Of a stretch of DNA of 64,000 nucleotides, positions 57,931 through 64,000 are shown piece after piece (the stretch's first letter is position 1; each line of letters begins with the position of its first letter). The notes beneath the pieces are model-generated. The model made no database searches and was not told the DNA's origin. It saw only the letters and a program-made list of their open reading frames with translations. The stretch is from an uncultured delta proteobacterium (GTDB taxonomy: Bacteria > Myxococcota_A > Polyangia > Palsa-1104). The stretch is taken from assembly GCA_963785725.1 (NCBI GenBank), contig CAWAWS010000016.1, positions 128,001-192,000 of the forward strand, given 5' to 3'. A program made the position numbers and the translations under genes.

Positions 57931-58500
57931 TTAGCCTTTGACGCGCTCGCAGTAGTCGCCCGAGCGCGTATCGATGCGGAGGAGGTCGCCTTCGTTGATG
58001 AAGAGCGGCACGTTGATCTGCGCGCCCGTCTCCAGCGTCGCCGGCTTCTGCGCGCCGCCCGAGGTGTCGCCCTTGATGCCCGGCTCCGACGACGTGACGC
58101 GCAGCTCGACGAAGTTCGGCAAGGTCACGCCGATGGCGCGGCCGTTCCAGAACATGACGTGCACGATCATGTTGTCCTTGAGCCACTTCCAATCGTCGCC
58201 GATCAGATCGCCCAAGATGCTGATCTGCTCGTAGCTCTTCTGATCCATGAAGACGAAGTCGCCCGCCTCTTTGTAGAGGAAGCTCATCTCGTTCTCTTCG
58301 ATGTCGGCGAGCTCGATCTTTTCACCCGAGCGCAAGTTGCTCTCGAGGTTGCGGCCGGTCAGCAGGTTCTTCATCTTCGTGCGCGTGAACGCGGCGCCCT
58401 TGCCGGGCTTGATGAACTGCCGATCGATGACGGTGTACGGCTGTCCGTCGATGAGAAGCTTGAGCCCGCTCTTGAGTTCCGTCGCGTCCACTGTCGCCAT
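57931..58500 (-). CDS. efp: Elongation factor P
   Basis: KPGKGAAF, PGIKGDT, KPATLETG..VPLFI..IDTR. Confidence 0.97.
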   Translation of the reverse strand: MATVDATELKSGLKLLIDGQPYTVIDRQFIKPGKGAAFTRTKMKNLLTGRNLESNLRSGEKIELADIEENEMSFLYKEAGDFVFMDQKSYEQISILGDLIGDDWKWLKDNMIVHVMFWNGRAIGVTLPNFVELRVTSSEPGIKGDTSGGAQKPATLETGAQINVPLFINEGDLLRIDTRSGDYCERVKG

Positions 58501-58579
58501 GGTTCGGCAGGGATAGCTCGTCTCATCGTCGCTGTCAATCTCGCTTACCGTGCGCCGGAGTCGTGCTAGATTCCCGCGC

Positions 58580-58885
58580 ATGGCGTACTACTGCTGGAGC
58601 TGCGGGAACGAGCAAATCTTCGACGTCAAAGTCGGCGTCAAGGTCGGTCGCCGCGACTCGTGCCCGCACTGCGCGGCCGATCTGCATGTCTGTAAAAACT
58701 GTCGTCTTTGGGATCCGAGCATCCACAACCAGTGCCGCGAGCCCGAGGCTGCCTTCATCCGCGATCGCCAGGAGTCGAACTTCTGCGCGCACTTCGATTT
58801 CCGCGATGGCGACAGCCCGACCGCCGACAAAGGCGTCGAGAGCGCGAAGGCCAAGCTCAACGACCTCTTCAAGAACCTGAAGTGA
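58580..58885 (+). CDS. Small Cys-rich putative zinc-binding protein
   Basis: CWSC, CPHC, CKNC, QC..NFC. Confidence 0.75.
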   Translation: MAYYCWSCGNEQIFDVKVGVKVGRRDSCPHCAADLHVCKNCRLWDPSIHNQCREPEAAFIRDRQESNFCAHFDFRDGDSPTADKGVESAKAKLNDLFKNLK

Positions 58886-58901
58886 CGCCGCAGGCGACGC
58901 G

Positions 58902-59236
58902 ATGATCGAGCTCGACGACGACTTCGACGCGGCCACGCGCGAGCTGTGCCCGGACGGCAACTGCACCGGCGTGCTCGCCGCCGACGGCGTGTGCAAAGTG
59001 TGCGGCGCCCGCGGCGTCGTGCCGGCGGGCACGCGCGCCGACGCGCCCGACGTGCCGCGCCGGAAGCGCCGCAAACGAAAGAAGCGAGCGCGAACGACGA
59101 CGCCGCCGACTTTTTGGCCACGCGCGGCGACGCGGCGTTCGACGACGAGAACCGCGAGCTGTGCCCCGACGGCAACTGCATCGGCGTGCTCGACGCGGAC
59201 GGCCGCTGCAAAGTCTGCGGACGCACGATTACCTAG
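58902..59236 (+). CDS. Small protein with two RELCPDGNC..CKVCG repeats, frameshift ~59050
   Basis: The same four-Cys module appears in two reading frames. Confidence 0.7.
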
Positions 59237-59259
59237 CTTTCTCGACGGCAAATCGGCTT

Positions 59260-59311
59260 CTTGACAAATTCAGTCAAGTATCAAATAACAAACTTGACTA
59301 ATTCAGTAGAC
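59260..59311 (+). promoter_or_regulatory. Two tandem Rrf2-type operator boxes
   Basis: CTTGACAAATTCAGTCAAG (59260-59278) and CTTGACTAATTCAGTAGAC (59293-59311). Confidence 0.75.
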
Positions 59312-59316
59312 AACCC

Positions 59317-59772
59317 GTGAAGCTGTCGACGAAGACACGATATGGCGTGCGCGCGGTGTTCGACATCGCCTACCACAACGCCGGCCGGCCGACGCAGGCG
59401 CGCGACATCGCGCGCCGGCAGGACGTGCCGTTGCGCTATCTCGAGCAGATCTTTCAGGAGCTGCGGCGCGCCAACCTCGTCGACGCCAAGCGCGGTCCGA
59501 AAGGCGGCTACTTTTTGTCGCGCACGCCGGAGTCGATCACGCTCGGCGACGTCGTCCGCGCCGTGCAAGGGCCGATCGAGCTGCTCGCGTCCGACGACGA
59601 AGCCGGCGACGGCGTGCGCACGTCGAAGCAGGTGCCGGCCGACATCTGGCGTGAGCTGGCGACGAAGATCTCCGGCGTCTTCGACTCGGTGACCATCCGC
59701 GATCTGTGTCAGCGCGGCGAAGCGCTCGGCATTCATCGCGGCGACGGTCAGCCGCACATGTACTTCATTTGA
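59317..59772 (+). CDS. Rrf2-family regulator, CymR-like
   Basis: STKTRYGVRA, YLEQIF..RGPKGGY; no three-Cys cluster motif; ends MYFI. Confidence 0.9.
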   Translation: MKLSTKTRYGVRAVFDIAYHNAGRPTQARDIARRQDVPLRYLEQIFQELRRANLVDAKRGPKGGYFLSRTPESITLGDVVRAVQGPIELLASDDEAGDGVRTSKQVPADIWRELATKISGVFDSVTIRDLCQRGEALGIHRGDGQPHMYFI

Positions 59773-59820
59773 GCGTTCGCTCGATCCTGGCGAACGTTTA
59801 CTCGGACTAGGAGCCCCGCC

Positions 59821-60767
<947 letters not shown>

Positions 60768-60771
<4 letters not shown>

Positions 60772-61454
60772 ACGCGGCCGCTCCACGCGTGCTCGTCGTC
60801 GGCGCGGGCGGGCTCGGCTGCCCTGCCCTCTTGGCGTTGGCGCCGGCGATCGCCGCGCGCGGCGGGCTCCTCGGCGTCATCGACGACGATCGCGTGGAGC
60901 TGTCGAACCTGAATCGCCAGATCCTGCATCGCACCGAAGACGTGGGGCGTGACAAGGCGAAATCGGTAGAGGACGGGCTCTTGCGGCGCCATCCGAGGCT
61001 GCGGGTGGACGCGATCGTGGCCCGCGTCGACGCCGCGAACGCCGACACGATCGTGCGCCGGTGGGACGTCGTCGTCGACGGCAGCGACTCGTTCGCGTCC
61101 AAGTTTCTGCTCAACGACGCCTGCGTGCGCGCCAATGTGCCGCTCGTGCATGGCGGCGTCGTGCGGCTGACAGGGCAGCTCATGTCGATCGTGCGCGGCT
61201 CGGCTTGTTATCGCTGCCTGTTCGAGGCGCCGCCGCCGGCGGGCATGGCGCCGTCGTGCTCGGAGGCCGGCGTCGTCGGCGCGTTCGCCGGCATCGTCGG
61301 CGCGCTGCAGGCCAAAGAGGCGCTCGCCATCGTCGCAGGCGCGCCCGAGCTGGCCGGCACACTGCTCGTCGTCGACGGCCGCAGCGACGAGCGCCGCCGC
61401 GTCCGTATTCGTCCGCGTCCCGGCTGCGAAGCTCATTTGCGAGAGGTCGCCTGA
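60768..61454 (+). CDS. ThiF/MoeB-family adenylyltransferase lacking the N-terminal RYSRQ segment
   Basis: [34 protein letters not shown]. Confidence 0.9.
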
Positions 61455-62681
61455 TGTCGTTCGTGCAAGCGCTGCAGTGCAAAGAGTGCAAGACCCAATA
61501 TCCGAAGCAGGCGCTGCACGTCTGCGAGAACTGCTTCGGTCCGCTCGAGGTCGCTTACGACTACGCGGCCATCGGCAAAGCGCTGACGCGCGAGACGATC
61601 ATGTCGCGGGCGCCGAACCTGTGGCGCTATCGCGAGCTCCTGCCGCTCGACGCGCCGCCGACGGTGGGGTTGAACGCCGGCTACACGCCTTTGGTGCGCG
61701 CCAAGCGGCTCGGCGACGCGCTCGGCCTCAGCGACTTGTGGGTCAAGAACGACGCCGTGTCGCATCCGACGCTGTCGTTCAAAGATCGCGTCGTCTCGGT
61801 GGCGCTGTCGAAGGCCAAGGAGCTCGGCTTCGACACCGTGGCCTGCGCGTCGACGGGCAACCTCGGCAACTCGACGGCGGCGCACGCGGCGCAAGCGGGG
61901 CTGCGCTGCTACGTGCTGATCCCGCACGATCTCGAGGCCGGCAAAGTGCTGGGCACGCAAATCTACGCGCCGCATCTGGTGCGCATCGACGGCACCTACG
62001 ACGACGTCAATCGGCTGTGCTCGGAGATCGCCGATCGGCATCCGTGGGCGTTCGTGAACGTCAACATTCGCCCCTATTACGCCGAGGGCTCGAAGACCTA
62101 CGGCTACGAGATCCAGGAGCAGCTCGGCTGGCGCACGCCGGCGCACGTCGTCGTGCCGATGGCGTCGGGCTCGCTGCTCACGAAGATCGGTCGCGCCATC
62201 GACGAATTCACCAAGCTCGGGCTCGTCGACGCGCGCGGCACGACCAAGCTGCACGGCGCGCAGGCGGCCGGCTGCGGACCCATCGCCGAGGCGGTGCTGG
62301 CGAATCGCGAGGCCATCAAGCCGGTCAAGAAGCCGAACACGATCGCCAAGTCGCTTGGCCATCGGCAATCCGGCCGACGGGCCGTACGCGGCGCACGCGA
62401 TTCTGACGTCGGGCGGCAGCGCGGCCGCGGTCAGCGACGCCGAGATCATCGAGGGCATTCAGCTGTTGGCGGCGACCGAGGGCCTCTTCACCGAGACCGC
62501 CGGCGGCGTGACCGTGGCGACGGCGAAGAAGCTGGCGGCGGCGGGCAAGATCGGACGCGACGAGACGACCGTCATCTGCATCACGGGCAACGGCCTGAAG
62601 ACGCAGGAGCCGCTCGTGGACGCGCTGCCGCTGCCGCTGCCGATCGCGGCCCGGCTCGACGAGTTCGAGAAGATTCTTTAG
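61454..62681 (+). CDS. thrC: Threonine synthase-like PLP enzyme, single frameshift ~62355
   Basis: Read from DNA: CKEC..CENC, LWRYRELLP, SFKDR, CASTGNL, EGSKT; continues AIGNPADG..ITGNGLKT. Confidence 0.85.
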
Positions 62682-62726
62682 TACGTACGATAGCAACGGA
62701 CACAAAAGCTCCATAGGAGACGAACC

Positions 62727-62999
62727 ATGGCCACCGTGCGAATCCCGACGCCGCTGCGCAAGCTGACCGGCGGCAACGAAGAAGTCACCGTCGCGGCGAA
62801 GAGCGTGGGCGAGCTGATCGCCGTGCTCGAGCAGCAGCATCCCGGCATCAAAGAGCGCATCTGCGACGAGACCGGCGCCGTGCGTCGCTTCGTCAACATC
62901 TTCGTCAAGGACGAGGACATTCGCTTTCTGCAGAACCTCGACACGCCGCTCGGCGAGAAGGACGAAGTCTCGATCGTCCCGGCGATCGCCGGCGGCTGA
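62727..62999 (+). CDS. Ubiquitin-like sulfur carrier (MoaD/ThiS/CysO family)
   Basis: VRIPTPLR..RRFVNIFV..EDIRF..PAIAGG C-terminal Gly-Gly. Confidence 0.93.
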   Translation: MATVRIPTPLRKLTGGNEEVTVAAKSVGELIAVLEQQHPGIKERICDETGAVRRFVNIFVKDEDIRFLQNLDTPLGEKDEVSIVPAIAGG

Positions 63000-63358
63000 T
63001 GGCGCGTTTCAGCGACGAGGAAGTGCGCCGTTATAGTCGGCAGATCGTGCTGCCGGAGGTGGGTGGCACGGGCCAAGAGCAGCTGCGCGCGGCGACGATC
63101 GCGGCCACGACCGAGACGGCGGCGCTGTACTTGGCCGCAGCGGGCGTCGGCACGATCCGCGTGCCGTCGCCGGGCTGGGCCGAGGCGGCGCGCGCGCTCA
63201 ATCCGCTCGTGACCGTCCTCGTCGACGAATCGGTGGCGACCGAGGCCGAAGACGTCGAAGTCGGTGCGCTCTCGGCGTGGCGCGCGATCAAAGAGGCGCT
63301 GTCGACGGCGTTCCCCGCGGCAGGCGCAAGCGCTGCGGGCGCGAGGACGGCAACGTGA
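62999..63358 (+). CDS. Short degenerate ThiF/MoeB-like protein
   Basis: RYSRQIVLPEVGGTGQEQL, LYLAAAGVG, ALNP; no GxGxxG, SNLxRQ or CxxC. Confidence 0.8.
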   Translation: MARFSDEEVRRYSRQIVLPEVGGTGQEQLRAATIAATTETAALYLAAAGVGTIRVPSPGWAEAARALNPLVTVLVDESVATEAEDVEVGALSAWRAIKEALSTAFPAAGASAAGARTAT

Positions 63359-64000
63359 GCGACTCCGCAGGCGCGCCGCCGTCGACCGCGCTCGAACGGG
63401 CGCAGCAGAAGGGCTCGATCGTCGATCTCATCGGCGGCACGCCGCTCATTCGCCTGCGCAAGCTCGAGCCGCGCGCCGGCGTCGAGCTCTGGGCCAAGTG
63501 CGAGTTCGCCAACCCGGGCGGCTCGGTCAAAGATCGCGCCGCGCTGCAGATGATCCAGGACGGCATCGCGTCCGGCGCGCTCACCTACGACAAGACGATC
63601 ATCGACTCCACGAGCGGCAACACCGGCGTCGCCTACTCGCTCGTCGGCGCCGCGCTCGGCTATCGCGTGACCTTGGTCATGCCGGCCAACGTCTCGGCGG
63701 CGCGCAAGCAGATCACGGCCGCCTACGGCACCGAGCTCATCTACTCGTCGGAGCTCGAAGGATCGGACGGCGCCATCGTGCTCGTGCGCCAGCTCGTGGC
63801 CGAGCATCCCGAGCGTTACTACTATCCCGATCAGTATTCGAACGAGTCCAATCCGCGCGCGCATTATCTCGGCACCGGGCGCGAGATCTGGGAGCAGACG
63901 AGCGGTCGCGTGACGCATTTCGTGGCCGGCTTGGGCACGACGGGCACGATCATGGGCACCGGCCGGCGGCTCAAGGAGCACGATCGGCGCGTGCAGATCG
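63355..64000 (+). CDS. Second PLP-dependent cysteine synthase (CysM-like), 3'-truncated by the window
   Basis: Read from [44 protein letters not shown] overlap. Confidence 0.9.
   Translation, partial: MSDSAGAPPSTALERAQQKGSIVDLIGGTPLIRLRKLEPRAGVELWAKCEFANPGGSVKDRAALQMIQDGIASGALTYDKTIIDSTSGNTGVAYSLVGAALGYRVTLVMPANVSAARKQITAAYGTELIYSSELEGSDGAIVLVRQLVAEHPERYYYPDQYSNESNPRAHYLGTGREIWEQTSGRVTHFVAGLGTTGTIMGTGRRLKEHDRRVQI

Noticed and set aside
59774..59796. Hairpin CGTTCGC/GCGAACG between Rrf2 and cysK
   Set aside because: Short stem without a clear U-tract; could be chance
62340..62370. Programmed frameshift in thrC
   Set aside because: No slippery sequence; one extra base explains it

Overview
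Very GC-rich bacterial DNA with a Myxococcota-like gene set: TPR Ser/Thr kinases, ECF sigma/anti-sigma pairs, Cys-rich and vWA-like lipoproteins. About 60 genes plus tRNA-Leu(UAA). Housekeeping genes include pfkA, asd, recQ, HMG-CoA lyase, efp/epmA and cysK. Three loci stand out. (1) 59260-64000 is a sulfur-relay operon (Rrf2/CymR-like, cysK, ThiF/MoeB, ThrC-like, Gly-Gly sulfur carrier, short ThiF-like, second cysteine synthase). Its two ThiF genes look complementary, one with the catalytic core but no Arg finger and the other with only the Arg finger, suggesting a heterodimeric E1-like enzyme. (2) 6778-14163 is an ECF-headed cluster joining a TPR/beta-barrel protein, a W-x3-H-P repeat lipoprotein and a Planctomycete-type DUF1549/DUF1553 + DUF1501 pair. 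(3) 33396-34760 is an AT-richer solo diadenylate-cyclase-like gene among gene debris. Several genes are broken by single-base frameshifts that may be sequencing errors. All family assignments come from motif recognition by eye, not database searches.
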